A stretch of 64,000 bases of DNA from an uncultured Christensenella sp. (GCA_949294455.1 CASFHD010000002.1:150674-214673), one strand, 5' to 3'. Shown: positions 38,019 through 48,510, counted from the stretch's first letter. Program-made: numbers and translations. Notes: generated from the sequence alone by a model not told the origin.

Positions 38019-38984
38019 TTACAAGAAAATGTTTGAAATTATTATTGATACAAAGGTGGTTAATATTGCTTGAGTAAATTTTATTTTAAAAAATTTACTC
38101 TTTTTTATACCTATTGTAGTTATGAACGCAATTGACTGCATAAATATTGAAACACCTGAAAATGCAATTAAAAAACTAGTAATTACAAACTGAATTTTTA
38201 TAGGAGCGGTAGTTGAAGATAAATCTATTATTCCACGAGTGATTTCTATTAATCCATTTAAAAACGCGTTAACGATGTATTCTTTATCGTTTAAAAATGG
38301 TATTTTACATATGATGTATGTTATTTTTTCAAATATTTTTGTGTTGTTTAGAATATCTATTAATATTGATGAAATTATTATAAATCCACCTACTAAAAAA
38401 ATTGAAATAATTGAATCATACATACTGTCAGCAAGTGTTTTATTTTCTTTTTTATATTCTAAAATAGAAGCATTTTCTAAACTTGATTTTTGACTATAAA
38501 TTAGTCCGTTTAATATAGCACCTATATAATGACATAATAATAATAGATATCCTATCTTTAAACTTGAAAAGGCTCCAATTCCTATACTGCCCACTATAAA
38601 CATAGGACCACTTAACGAACAAAGTGATAATAATTTTACTGAATCGTTATAAGTTATTCTTTTTTCAGAATATGCGTTAGCAACTAATTTTGCACCTATA
38701 GGATAACCAGAAAGAAAACTTAGCGCTACAATATAACCATATTTACCATTTACTTTAAATACCTTGTTTACAACACCATCTAAAACTTTTATTTCGGGAG
38801 TTAAATTGTTAATTATTTTTGTAAAAACAAAAAATGGAAATAAACTTGGGAAAACATTGTTTAAAAAAATTATAGAGGCATTTATTGTGGAATTAATATA
38901 GGTTTTGGGATTTATAATTATAATAAATATAAAAATTAGCGAGAAAATCAATATAATTAGATTTGACTTTATTGTTTTAATCAT
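38019..38984 (-). CDS. ylbJ: sporulation integral membrane protein YlbJ-like (nucleoside-recognition/Gate domains)
   Basis: Polytopic. FPSLFPFFVF, LSFLSGYPIGAKL, SLSGPMFIVG motifs as in YlbJ. Confidence 0.65.
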   Translation of the reverse strand: MIKTIKSNLIILIFSLIFIFIIIINPKTYINSTINASIIFLNNVFPSLFPFFVFTKIINNLTPEIKVLDGVVNKVFKVNGKYGYIVALSFLSGYPIGAKLVANAYSEKRITYNDSVKLLSLCSLSGPMFIVGSIGIGAFSSLKIGYLLLLCHYIGAILNGLIYSQKSSLENASILEYKKENKTLADSMYDSIISIFLVGGFIIISSILIDILNNTKIFEKITYIICKIPFLNDKEYIVNAFLNGLIEITRGIIDLSSTTAPIKIQFVITSFLIAFSGVSIFMQSIAFITTIGIKKSKFFKIKFTQAILTTFVSIIISNIFL

Positions 38985-39086
38985 ATAATATCTTTATTAA
39001 GATTAAAATAACATATTTAATGTTTTACCTAATTTTACAAAATTCGTAATTTTATGTAGTTTTATTTGACTTTTAAAAGGTAGGTT

Positions 39087-39887
39087 ATGAAAAATTTTAG
39101 TTTGGTTTTAAGTGGTGGTTCAGTTAAAGGGTTTGCTCATATAGGTGTTATTAAGGTACTAGAAGAATATAATTTAAAGCCTAGTTTAATTGTTGGCACT
39201 TCTATGGGGGCAATAGTGGGTGCAATGTATGCCTTGGGTTTTACTAGTACTCAAATGGAAGAAATAGCTTTGAAAATGACTAGAAAAAAAATTCAAGATT
39301 TAGAAGTAATGATGTTGTTTAAAGAAAGTATTTTGCAAGGGAAAAAAGTAAAAAAAATTTTATATGAAATTTTTAAAGAAACTGAGGCAGAAGACACAAA
39401 AATTCCATTTATAGCAGTAGCTTCATCTTTGGATACAGGGAAAGAATATTGGTTGAATTCAGGAAAATTATATAATAATGTGCTTGCTAGTATGGCTGTT
39501 CCTGCGATTTTCCCTGCAGTAAAAATAAATGGAATTAATATGTGTGACGGCGGAGTGTCTAATAATTTACCAGAAGATGTCGCTTATGAAAAATATCCTA
39601 AAAATCCTATTTTATCAATAGATGTTTTGGCAGATTATCGTTCACAAATTGTGAGCTTAAGAATTAAAATGTTAGCAAAGGTATTAAACGCAATTTCATT
39701 ACTGCAGACTAATATGACAGCACTTAAAAAAAATTATTCTACTGTTAGAATTGAAATTCCTCAAAAAGATTTAAAATTGACTGATTTCAACAAAGATTTT
39801 GCTTTAAAATCTATTAAAAAAGGTGAGAGATATATGAGAAAAAATATCGATAAATTTATAGAAACTTTAAAAGAAGAAAATGACTAA
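39087..39887 (+). CDS. patatin-like phospholipase
   Basis: Oxyanion GGSVKG, nucleophile elbow GTSMGA, catalytic Asp motif DGGVSNNLP. Confidence 0.85.
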   Translation: MKNFSLVLSGGSVKGFAHIGVIKVLEEYNLKPSLIVGTSMGAIVGAMYALGFTSTQMEEIALKMTRKKIQDLEVMMLFKESILQGKKVKKILYEIFKETEAEDTKIPFIAVASSLDTGKEYWLNSGKLYNNVLASMAVPAIFPAVKINGINMCDGGVSNNLPEDVAYEKYPKNPILSIDVLADYRSQIVSLRIKMLAKVLNAISLLQTNMTALKKNYSTVRIEIPQKDLKLTDFNKDFALKSIKKGERYMRKNIDKFIETLKEEND

Positions 39888-39959
39888 TTTATAAAAATTT
39901 TGATAAAATTATTGCAAAAAATAATATTTTATGTTACAATAAAAATCAATGGAGGTTAT

Positions 39960-40229
39960 ATGGCTAATATAAAATCAGCAAAAAAGCGTGTCCTTGTGGC
40001 TGAAAGACAAGCAATGGAAAACAAAATGGTAAAAAGTAAAATTGCTACTTATATCAAAAAATTTAAACTTGCTGTTGATGCCAATGAAATAGATAATGCA
40101 AAATCACTTTTAAGTGAAACTGTATCAATTATTGATTCGGCTGTTAGTAAAAATATTATCAAAAAAGGTAACGCTGATAGAAAAAAATCTAGACTTGCAA
40201 GTTATCTTGATAAAAAAATCTCTAAATAA
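39960..40229 (+). CDS. rpsT: 30S ribosomal protein S20
   Basis: Start moved to ATG 39960 (GGAGGT SD). MANIKSAKKRV N-terminus. TTGCAA-17-TACAAT promoter about 35 nt upstream. Confidence 0.95.
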   Translation: MANIKSAKKRVLVAERQAMENKMVKSKIATYIKKFKLAVDANEIDNAKSLLSETVSIIDSAVSKNIIKKGNADRKKSRLASYLDKKISK

Positions 40230-40232
40230 TTT

Positions 40233-40284
40233 GACTGCTTTGAAGTGAACCCCGAAAGTCAGACACTTTTAGCGGTCTTTTTTT
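40233..40284 (+). terminator. intrinsic terminator after rpsT
   Basis: Long interrupted stem GACTGCT..GAAGTG / CACTTT.AGCGGTC (13 bp incl. 2 G-U) followed by T7. Confidence 0.8.
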
Positions 40285-40498
40285 ATTTTTTATGTAATAT
40301 CAAGTCATTAAAATATATAATTGAAGGTTAACTAGATTTTAAATTGAAAGGATATGCGATTAATATTTCTATAATTTCACTTATGAAACATTTAGTGAAT
40401 ATAAATTTTAAGTAGATTATAATAAATGTCTTTAAAATATTTTAAAATGTTTTAAAATGCTAAAGTCATATTAAAAATCAAAAAAAATATAATATGTT

Positions 40499-41602
40499 GT
40501 GAACATTTTAAAAAATCGTGATTCAATAATAATTATTGTATGCACTTTGTTGCTTTCAATTTTTGGCGTTATTATGGTATATTCTGCAAGTTTTTATACA
40601 AGTGAATTGTATTTTGCGGACAAGTTTTTTTATCTTAAAAAGCAAATTGTAGGTGTAGTTATAGGCATAATAGGTTTAATTATTACTAGTTTTGTGCCTT
40701 CGCTTATATACAAAAAATTTTACATAATATTTTATATTGTTGGATTAGTTTTTCTTTTGTTAGTATTTGTCCCAGGACTATCTAAATCAAGTTACGGGGC
40801 AACCAGATGGATTCAAATAGGCTCATTTTCTATGCAACCCAGTGAAATAGCAAAATTTTGCTTAATTTTTGCCCTTGCTGGTTTATTTAGTAATAATGAT
40901 TTTTTGCAGAAAAATAAGAACATTTTTATTAGTCTAATTTTAGGTGGTATATACCTTTTATTAATTATGTTAGAACCAAATATGAGTATAACTATTTGTT
41001 TAGGTCTCAGTTTTGTTTTTATGCTTTTGTTGGGTGGGGTAAAATTACGATTTTTTGCAATTATGGTTATACCCGTAATTATTTTAGGTATAATTTTAGT
41101 GCTAATTGAACCTTACAGATTAAAACGTATTATTGCTTTTATTGACCCTTGGGAAAACCCTCTTGCAGAAGGCTATCAACTCATTCAATCTTTGTATGCA
41201 ATTGGTGGTGGAGGACTTTTTGGTGTCGGATTATTCAATTCAAGGCAAGCAAGACAATTCTTACCTTTTAGTGAAAGTGATTTTATTTTTTCAATAATAG
41301 CAGAAGAACTAGGTCTTATTGGGTGCGCAGTTTTAATTATTGTTTATTTAATATTAATTTTTACAATTTTTAAAGTTGGGATTAAAGCAAAAAATAGATT
41401 CCAATCATTACTATGTTTTGGAATAGGTGCAATAATATGTATTCAAGTAATTATAAATATTGCGGTAGTTACAGGTAGTATCCCGCCGACAGGACTACCT
41501 TTGCCATTCATTAGTGCAGGGAGTACTTCGCTTTTTGTTTTCATGTCCGCAATAGGAGTTGTGTTAAACGTCTCAAAACAAATAACTAAAAATGAAAATT
41601 AA
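40499..41602 (+). CDS. ftsW: SEDS-family peptidoglycan polymerase FtsW/RodA/SpoVE
   Basis: 10 TM. GATRWIQIGSFSMQPSEIAKF, LEPNMS, PESDFIFSIIAEELG, GLPLPFISAGSTS motifs. GTG start, no SD. Confidence 0.9.
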   Translation: MNILKNRDSIIIIVCTLLLSIFGVIMVYSASFYTSELYFADKFFYLKKQIVGVVIGIIGLIITSFVPSLIYKKFYIIFYIVGLVFLLLVFVPGLSKSSYGATRWIQIGSFSMQPSEIAKFCLIFALAGLFSNNDFLQKNKNIFISLILGGIYLLLIMLEPNMSITICLGLSFVFMLLLGGVKLRFFAIMVIPVIILGIILVLIEPYRLKRIIAFIDPWENPLAEGYQLIQSLYAIGGGGLFGVGLFNSRQARQFLPFSESDFIFSIIAEELGLIGCAVLIIVYLILIFTIFKVGIKAKNRFQSLLCFGIGAIICIQVIINIAVVTGSIPPTGLPLPFISAGSTSLFVFMSAIGVVLNVSKQITKNEN

Positions 41603-41606
41603 AAAG

Positions 41607-41638
41607 TGTATATGATTTGTTTTTATATACATTTTTTT
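41607..41638 (+). terminator. intrinsic terminator after ftsW
   Basis: 7-bp AT-rich stem TGTATAT/ATATACA, 11-nt loop, T7. Confidence 0.55.
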
Positions 41639-41869
41639 ATTTATAAATATTAATAACTACTGGTATAAAACTATATATTTAATTAATTTTATATTTATTC
41701 AGTAATATTTTTTTAATGTTAAATTAATAATAGATTAATTGCTTTTATATAATTAATTTTTGTTGGTTTAGATATAAATTAGCCTTACTAAACATATTAA
41801 TATACTTTATTAAATATAATATTTTATATTTATTTTTATATAAATCTTTACAAGATAGTAGGAGGCGTA

Positions 41870-43123
41870 ATGGCACAAGCTTATTTGACAAGAGGGAAAA
41901 GAAAAGTAAACGGTAGCATTCAAATCAAAAGTGCTAAAAATTCAATATTGCCCATTATCTGTTCAACTGTTTTACAGAAAAATGATTGTGAATTGATATT
42001 AGTACCTAAAATAAAAGATGTTGAAGAACTTTTAAATGTAGTTGGGTTATTAGGAATTACTAGTGAAAGGGTAAATGAAAATCTTATAATACATTCTCAA
42101 AATATTACATATTCCAGTTTAGATTGTGATTTTGCTAAAAATTTTCGTGCTTCAATTTTTCTTGTGGGGGCTATGCTTACTAGATTTAAGCAATGTGAAA
42201 TATCACTGCCAGGTGGTTGTGATATAGGTAAGCGAAACATAGATATTCATCTTGACGCTCTTGCTAGTCTTGGCGCTAGATATGAAATTGTACAAGATGT
42301 ATTGATATTTAATGGAAAAAATATGCATTCTGGAGTCGTAGAGTTAAGGTATCCTAGTGTTGGGGCTACAATTAACACTATCTTTGCATCACTAGAACTT
42401 GAAGGAATAACTACCATAATAAATCCTGCAAAAGAACCTGAAATAAAGGATTTAGCAAGTTTTTTAAATTCATTGGGCTATGTAATAGTTGGCGCTGGCA
42501 GTAAAAAAATATCAATCTATGGCAGAAAAATATTTCCAAAACCTATTGCATATAAACCTATTGGCGATAGAATAGTGGCAGGGACATTGCTTGTTTTGAC
42601 AACTATTTTAGGTGGAGAAATTATGTTGTCTAACATTGAACAAGATTCCTTGGAACCTGTGATTTTTTATCTTAAAAAAGTTGGTGCAAAAATTGCTAAA
42701 TATCAAAATGCAATTTATTTATATTCTAATGCGAAATTAAAACCTTTTAAAATTGTAACAGGACCTTTTCCACAATTTCCAACCGATATGCAATCAATAT
42801 TTATTTCGCTTGCCTTATGTTGCAATGGCAAGTCAGAAATAGTTGAAAAAGTTTTCGAGGATAGATTTAAGGTAGTTGATGAGTTTAAAAAATTTGGTGC
42901 GTGCATTAAAAAAAGGGAAAATTCTATAATTATAGAAGGCAAAAAAAGTTTAAATGGAGCAACAGTTAGGGCAACTGATTTAAGGGCAGGGGCAGGTCTT
43001 GTTTTGACGGCACTTACCATTGAAGATAGTTGCGAGATAGAAAATATTGAAGTAATTATGCGAGGTTATGAAGATTTTGATAAAATATTAAGAACTCTTG
43101 GTCAAGACATAAAAAAAAATTGA
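41870..43123 (+). CDS. murA: UDP-N-acetylglucosamine 1-carboxyvinyltransferase
   Basis: GGAGG SD. SAKNSILPI, catalytic Cys loop LPGGCDIGKRNIDIHL, FPTDMQ, RGYEDF. Confidence 0.95.
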   Translation: MAQAYLTRGKRKVNGSIQIKSAKNSILPIICSTVLQKNDCELILVPKIKDVEELLNVVGLLGITSERVNENLIIHSQNITYSSLDCDFAKNFRASIFLVGAMLTRFKQCEISLPGGCDIGKRNIDIHLDALASLGARYEIVQDVLIFNGKNMHSGVVELRYPSVGATINTIFASLELEGITTIINPAKEPEIKDLASFLNSLGYVIVGAGSKKISIYGRKIFPKPIAYKPIGDRIVAGTLLVLTTILGGEIMLSNIEQDSLEPVIFYLKKVGAKIAKYQNAIYLYSNAKLKPFKIVTGPFPQFPTDMQSIFISLALCCNGKSEIVEKVFEDRFKVVDEFKKFGACIKKRENSIIIEGKKSLNGATVRATDLRAGAGLVLTALTIEDSCEIENIEVIMRGYEDFDKILRTLGQDIKKN

Positions 43124-43180
43124 AAAATAGACTTGTTAAAATTCAGCATTTCTGTTAATATAACTTAATAGGAGAGTTAT

Positions 43181-44752
43181 ATGATTACAGTAGCGAATGT
43201 CAGTTTGCAATTTGGTTCAAGAAAATTATTTGAAGATGTAAATATTAAATTTACAAAGGGAAATTGTTATGGAATTATAGGGGCTAATGGAGCAGGAAAA
43301 TCCACTTTTTTAAAAATTTTAACAGGTGAAATAGAACCAAACAAAGGCGAAGTTATTATCCCTAAAAATGAGCGAGTATCAGTTTTAGAACAAAATCAGG
43401 AAAAATACAATGATTGCACAGTTATTCGTACAGTTTTATTAGGTCATAAGCGACTTGTTGAAATTATGGACGAAAAAGAAAAGTTGTATGCTTTAACAGA
43501 ATTTACAGATGAACAGGGTATGCGTCTTGCAGATTTAGAGGCAGAATTTATGGAATTAAATGGTTGGGATGCGGAATCAGAGGCGCAAGCATTATTAAAT
43601 TCTATTGGCATTAGTGAAGAATACCACTATAAACTAATGAGCGAACTTGATGCAAAAATGAAGGTGAAAGTTTTGTTGGCTCAGGCGATTTTTTCAAACC
43701 CAGATAACTTGATTTTAGATGAACCTACAAATAATCTTGATGTAAAAACAATTAAATTTTTGGAAGAATTTATTTTAAATTTTGAGAACACTGTTATAAT
43801 TGTATCACATAACAGACACTTTTTAAACAAAGTTTGTACTCATATTTGTGATTTAGATTATCAAAAAATAACATTATATGTGGGCAATTATGATTTTTGG
43901 TATGAATCTTCACAACTTGCATTAAAACAGATGAAAGATCAAAATAAAAAAGCAGAACAAAGGGCACAAGAATTGAAAGAATTTATTGCTAGATTTGCTG
44001 CAAATGCTTCAAAATCTAAACAGGCAACTTCTAGAAAAAAGGAATTGGAGCGTTTGACTATTGAAGACATTAAACCTAGTTCTAGAAAATATCCTTATAT
44101 AGATTTTAGATTTGATGCAAGAATTGGAAATGATATTTTAAAAGTCGAAAATTTGACTAAAAAAGGTTTATTTGAAAATGTATCCTTTACTGTTTCAGAT
44201 AAAGATAAAATAGCGTTTTTTAGTGATAATAGTGCGGTAATAACTGCTTTATTTAACATATTGGCAGGCGAAGATACTGATTATGAAGGAAAATTTACTT
44301 TCGGTAAAACTATAAAATTTTCATATCTACCTCAAAATAACAATAAATATTTTGAAAATTGTGATTTGAATTTAGTGCAATGGATAGGTCAATTTACAAA
44401 AGAAAATGACCAAACCTTCTTGCGTTCGTGGCTTGGCAGAATGTTGTTTAGTGGAGAAGAGGCAGAGAAAAAAGCAAAAGTTTTGTCAGGTGGCGAAAAA
44501 GTTCGCTGTATGTTAGCAAAAATGATGCTGACTTCTGGTAATTTATTAATTATGGACGAACCTACAAACCATCTAGATTTGGAATCAATTACAGCACTTA
44601 ATAACGGAATGAAAAAATTTCAGGGCAATATATTATTTACAACGCACGATGAAGAAATTGTGCAAACTGTAGCAAACAGAATTATAAGGATAAATAAAAC
44701 AAAAGAATATGATAAATCTACAACATACGAAGAGTATTGTGAGGAAATGTAA
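43181..44752 (+). CDS. ABC-F family ATPase (YbiT/Uup-like, no TM domain)
   Basis: Two ABC cassettes (GANGAGKST; LSGGEKVR; LILDEPTNNLD / LIMDEPTNHLD) joined by a charged linker. Confidence 0.9.
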   Translation: MITVANVSLQFGSRKLFEDVNIKFTKGNCYGIIGANGAGKSTFLKILTGEIEPNKGEVIIPKNERVSVLEQNQEKYNDCTVIRTVLLGHKRLVEIMDEKEKLYALTEFTDEQGMRLADLEAEFMELNGWDAESEAQALLNSIGISEEYHYKLMSELDAKMKVKVLLAQAIFSNPDNLILDEPTNNLDVKTIKFLEEFILNFENTVIIVSHNRHFLNKVCTHICDLDYQKITLYVGNYDFWYESSQLALKQMKDQNKKAEQRAQELKEFIARFAANASKSKQATSRKKELERLTIEDIKPSSRKYPYIDFRFDARIGNDILKVENLTKKGLFENVSFTVSDKDKIAFFSDNSAVITALFNILAGEDTDYEGKFTFGKTIKFSYLPQNNNKYFENCDLNLVQWIGQFTKENDQTFLRSWLGRMLFSGEEAEKKAKVLSGGEKVRCMLAKMMLTSGNLLIMDEPTNHLDLESITALNNGMKKFQGNILFTTHDEEIVQTVANRIIRINKTKEYDKSTTYEEYCEEM

Positions 44753-45957
44753 TGATATATGATTTTATAATTATAGGGGGAGGTGCTAGCGGTATGATGG
44801 CTAGCATTTCTTTAAAAGAAATGGGTAAAACTGTTTGCATTTTAGAAAAAAATGAAAAGTTAGGTAAGAAATTGTTTATAACAGGTAAAGGCAGATGTAA
44901 TCTTACAAATTTTAGCGATGTAAAATCACATATCGAAAACATAGTTACAAATTCTAAATTTATGTTGTCATCACTTTCTAGATTTACACCTAATCAGACT
45001 ATAGAATTTTTTAACTCAATAGGATTAAAAACAAAGATAGAAAGAGGAAATAGAGTTTTCCCTACATCTGACAAATCAAGCGATGTTATAAAGGTATTAT
45101 CTAATAAAATAAACAGTCTAAATGTTGATGTAAAATTAAATACAGAGGTAATTTCGGTTAAAAAAGACAACAACATATTCAATATTTTGTGTAAAAATGA
45201 TATTAAATACACTTCATATAATGTAGTAGTTGCAACAGGTGGAGTAAGTTATCCTTTGACGGGTTCAACAGGGTTTGGCTATGAAATTGCAAAATCTTTT
45301 GGAATAAATGTAACTAATTTAAAGCCCGCATTAGTACCTATCATATTAAAAGATGATGTAAAATCTTTACAGGGAATCGTTTTAAAAAATGTAAAAGTGT
45401 ATTGCGAAAAATACAACTCTGAAATAGGCGAAATTTTATTCACTGATAAAGGCGTAAGTGGACCACTAATTTTATCAATTTCTAGTCGCCTTAATAAATT
45501 AGAGAATCTTCAAGGCAAAATTTTATCAATAGACTTAAAGCCAGGGCTTAGCATTCAAATGCTAGAGAATAAATTTGAAAGAGAATTAAAATCAGATGAA
45601 TTTAAAAATAAATATATATCAAATTATTTGAAAACTTTGATGCCATCTAATTTTGTAAAATTTTTTATGAAAAAATTAGAATTAAATGATACAACCTCTA
45701 AATTTTTAAATAAATCAGATATCGAAAAAATTTTCAAGGGTTTGAAATCATTAAATTTAGTTATAGATAAATTAGATAATATCTCAAATGGGATAATTAC
45801 TTCAGGTGGGGTGGATTGCAAAGAAATATCTCCTAAAAATATGGAATCTAAAAAAGTAGATGGCTTGTATTTTATAGGTGAAGTAATAGACGTAGATGCT
45901 CTAACTGGCGGGTTTAATCTTCAAATCGCTTGGTCAACAGCAAAATCAATTTCATAA
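44752..45957 (+). CDS. HI0933/YhiN-family FAD-dependent oxidoreductase
   Basis: DFIIIGGGASGMMA dinucleotide fold, ITGKGRCNLTN, C-terminal GEVIDVDALTGGFNLQIAWSTA. ATG overlaps the upstream stop. Confidence 0.85.
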   Translation: MIYDFIIIGGGASGMMASISLKEMGKTVCILEKNEKLGKKLFITGKGRCNLTNFSDVKSHIENIVTNSKFMLSSLSRFTPNQTIEFFNSIGLKTKIERGNRVFPTSDKSSDVIKVLSNKINSLNVDVKLNTEVISVKKDNNIFNILCKNDIKYTSYNVVVATGGVSYPLTGSTGFGYEIAKSFGINVTNLKPALVPIILKDDVKSLQGIVLKNVKVYCEKYNSEIGEILFTDKGVSGPLILSISSRLNKLENLQGKILSIDLKPGLSIQMLENKFERELKSDEFKNKYISNYLKTLMPSNFVKFFMKKLELNDTTSKFLNKSDIEKIFKGLKSLNLVIDKLDNISNGIITSGGVDCKEISPKNMESKKVDGLYFIGEVIDVDALTGGFNLQIAWSTAKSIS

Positions 45958-46053
45958 AAATTGCAAGAATTATTTAAAAATTTGTTAAAATTTAATAAAA
46001 AATCGTAAAAAATTGATAAATTTTCATAAATTTTCGCATAAAAGGGGATAATT

Positions 46054-46656
46054 ATGTTTATTGTATATTTTTTAATATTATTTTTGCCGGTTACTATTTT
46101 GCTACCTACATTTTTAAAATTTAAAGGAAATCAAAGTAAAGTTGTTATAAAAAAAAGCAAATGTGTTATCGTGTCTAATCATATGTCAATTTTTGACCCT
46201 GTGGTTTTACAGATGAGATTAAAAAAGAAAATATATTTTTTAGCCAAAATTGAGGCGTTTAAAAATAAACTATTTTCTTGTATTTTAAAAAAGTTAGGAG
46301 CAATTCCTGTAGATAGAAAAAATCCGTCAATTAGTTCTATTAAAAATTCGATAAAGGTACTAAAAGATAATAAGCCTCTTTGCGTTTTTGTTCAAGGAAC
46401 TAGGTCTAAATCTGCATTAATAAAAGAAGGAGAGGTTAAAGAAGGCGCAGGTATGTTTGCTCTTAAAGAAGATGCACCTATTATACCTATAGCGTTTACA
46501 AAAAAGGTTGGATTTTTTAGGTTTTCAAAAATTGTAATAGGTGATCCTATTTATTTGGACAAAAACAAAGTAGGGGACAAAGAGTATTTATTAGAAGTGT
46601 CAAATCTCATAAGAGATAAAATTAACGAATTAATAATTAATGATAAAAAAGATTAA
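46054..46656 (+). CDS. plsC: 1-acyl-sn-glycerol-3-phosphate acyltransferase
   Basis: N-terminal TM, HX4D motif NHMSIFDP, FVQGTRS, IPIAF blocks. Confidence 0.8.
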   Translation: MFIVYFLILFLPVTILLPTFLKFKGNQSKVVIKKSKCVIVSNHMSIFDPVVLQMRLKKKIYFLAKIEAFKNKLFSCILKKLGAIPVDRKNPSISSIKNSIKVLKDNKPLCVFVQGTRSKSALIKEGEVKEGAGMFALKEDAPIIPIAFTKKVGFFRFSKIVIGDPIYLDKNKVGDKEYLLEVSNLIRDKINELIINDKKD

Positions 46657-47078
46657 ATATTGAAAATTTAAATATGCAATAAATAATTTAAGATTGTAAA
46701 TATTAATTATATATATGCATTGATTATCAGATAAATTTTAAATATATAGTAAACGTAAATTTTAAATTTAATATTATATTGTTTTTATCGTTTTAATAAA
46801 AATCATAAAAAAAGTACGGACTGATAATTAAATTGTAAATATAGTACAATATTGAATTTAAAATGATATAACATATCAGATATATTAATTGTGTTGAAAT
46901 ATAAAATTCATATATATTTAATAATTGATTTGATATTGTAATTATGAGATATGTATATATTACATACAGTTATCAGTTAAATAGTAAGTAAAAGTTATAT
47001 TTCAATTCAAAAATAATAATGCCTTAAATTATATCTTTTTGTAATATTGTAATTAAGTTAAAATTTATTGAAAAAGTG

Positions 47079-47107
47079 TTGACAAAAATAAAGATATAAA
47101 TTATAAT
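47079..47107 (+). promoter_or_regulatory. consensus sigmaA promoter of rpsP (TTGACA-17-TATAAT)
   Basis: TTGACA 47079-47084, 17-nt spacer, TATAAT 47102-47107. Followed by a small 5' hairpin GTAAAG/CTTTAC and an AAGGAG SD. Confidence 0.75.
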
Positions 47108-47143
47108 GTAAAGGTAAAATGCTTTACAGATAAAGGAGTTATT

Positions 47144-47440
47144 ATGGCTGTTAGAATTAGACTTACAAGACTTGGCGACAAGAAAAGTCCATTTTATCGT
47201 GTAGTTGTTGCTGATTCAAGAACTGCTCGTGATGGTAAGGTTATTGATACATTAGGAACATATAACCCATTAAAAAATCCAGCTGAAATTAAAATTGATA
47301 GCGAAAAAGCAAAGGCTTGGATTTTCAAAGGTGCTGAACCTACTGAAACTGCAAAATCAATATTGCAAACTATCGGAGTAATTGAAGTAAAAGGCAACTC
47401 TGCTACAAAGACTAACGATAAGAAAAAGAAAAAAAATTAA
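47144..47440 (+). CDS. rpsP: 30S ribosomal protein S16
   Basis: [32 protein letters not shown]-terminus. Lys-rich tail. Confidence 0.95.
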   Translation: MAVRIRLTRLGDKKSPFYRVVVADSRTARDGKVIDTLGTYNPLKNPAEIKIDSEKAKAWIFKGAEPTETAKSILQTIGVIEVKGNSATKTNDKKKKKN

Positions 47441-47462
47441 TCGCAAGTTAGCGATTTTTTTT
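47439..47462 (+). terminator. intrinsic terminator after rpsP
   Basis: 6-bp stem AATCGC/GCGATT, 6-nt loop, T8. Overlaps the stop codon. Confidence 0.7.
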
Positions 47463-47617
47463 AGTTTCTATTGCCTTTTTAATATTAATATGTTAGACTC
47501 TAATAAAGTCTTAATTTTTAATATAATATTGAAAATTGATAATATATAAAATTATTAATTCTATGTTAAATTATTAAAAAGAAAGCATTAAATTTAAAAA
47601 TAAAGAATTCATTAAAT

Positions 47618-47693
47618 GACCTCGTAGTAAAACAGGATATTACGGTTCCCTCCTAAGGAATTGTTCTGGGTTCGAGTCCCGGCGGGGTCACCA
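47618..47693 (+). tRNA. tRNA-Arg (anticodon CCT), CCA encoded
   Basis: Hand-folded cloverleaf. Acceptor GACCTCG/CGGGGTC (one G-U), D-arm GTAA/TTAC with GG loop, anticodon arm GTTCC/GGAAT with loop CTCCTAA (CCT at 47652-47654), T-arm CTGGG-TTCGAGT-CCCGG, discriminator A, CCA. Confidence 0.85.
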
Positions 47694-48061
47694 TTTTTTA
47701 TTTTATTATGCTATTATAAAATAATTTCTATTTTATTAAACTAAGTTAAATTAATTAGTTTACAATTTACTAATAATTAAATTGCATTATAAAAGTTAAC
47801 AAAATAAACTTTTAAAAATCTAATATGGATATTCATAATCAACTAAATAAATACATAATTAATTAAATTTTATTGATCTTAATAAATTTATATTAATAAA
47901 TTGAGCTATATTGATATAGTCAATATTATTTAAGTTATATTATTATACTTTATCTTATTTATATTAATTGAATAAATTATTAAATTATATTAATAAATTT
48001 TATTGATTGGGATTATATTTGCAATACTCATCATTATAATCCATTTTTGTATATTAAATTT

Positions 48062-48095
48062 AATAGTTTTAAATATCTATATAAATATTATAAAA
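48062..48095 (-). terminator. intrinsic terminator after rpmF (minus strand)
   Basis: 9-bp stem CCACTTAAA/TTTAAGTGG. On the minus strand it is followed by T6. Confidence 0.8.
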
Positions 48096-48196
48096 TTTTT
48101 AACAACTACATTTTGAAAATTAAATTGATATATAATTAATATTTTAATAGGTAGGGACAATAAAAAACCACTTAAAGTTTTTCATTTTTAAGTGGC

Positions 48197-48388
48197 TTAT
48201 TTTTGTTCGTCTTTTTTAACTCTCTCAACGCCATTATAGTAACCGCACTTTTTGCATACTAGGTGTGCTACTTTTAATTCGTGGCAATGAGGACATTCTA
48301 CTAGGTTTGCACTTGATAATTTTTTATTCTCAGCGTGTCTTCTAGAATCGCGTCTAGCTTTACTTACCTTTCCCTTAGGAACTGCCAT
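48197..48388 (-). CDS. rpmF: 50S ribosomal protein L32 (Zn-ribbon C+ form)
   Basis: Start moved to the ATG giving MAVPKGKVSKARRD (GGAGGT SD). CPHC...CKKC zinc ribbon. Confidence 0.95.
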   Translation of the reverse strand: MAVPKGKVSKARRDSRRHAENKKLSSANLVECPHCHELKVAHLVCKKCGYYNGVERVKKDEQK

Positions 48389-48510
48389 ATTTACCTCCAT
48401 ATTATTTCCACTTATGAAGATATGATTATTAAGATTATAAATAAAAATAAATTAAATAGTTAAATTATAAAAATTCATAAACCCCAAGTCGTGGATTTCT
48501 TTACTTAAGT

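Noticed and set aside
38985-39030. ylbJ as another leaderless gene
   Set aside because: It has no SD, but the only -10-like hexamers either abut the ATG directly (TATTAT) or lie 9 nt away (TAATAA). The geometry is not convincing.
47694-48196. Integrated mobile element at the tRNA-Arg 3' flank
   Set aside because: There is no integrase or any ORF, and no direct repeat of the tRNA 3' end. Only the weaker 'scar' hypothesis is kept, as a finding.
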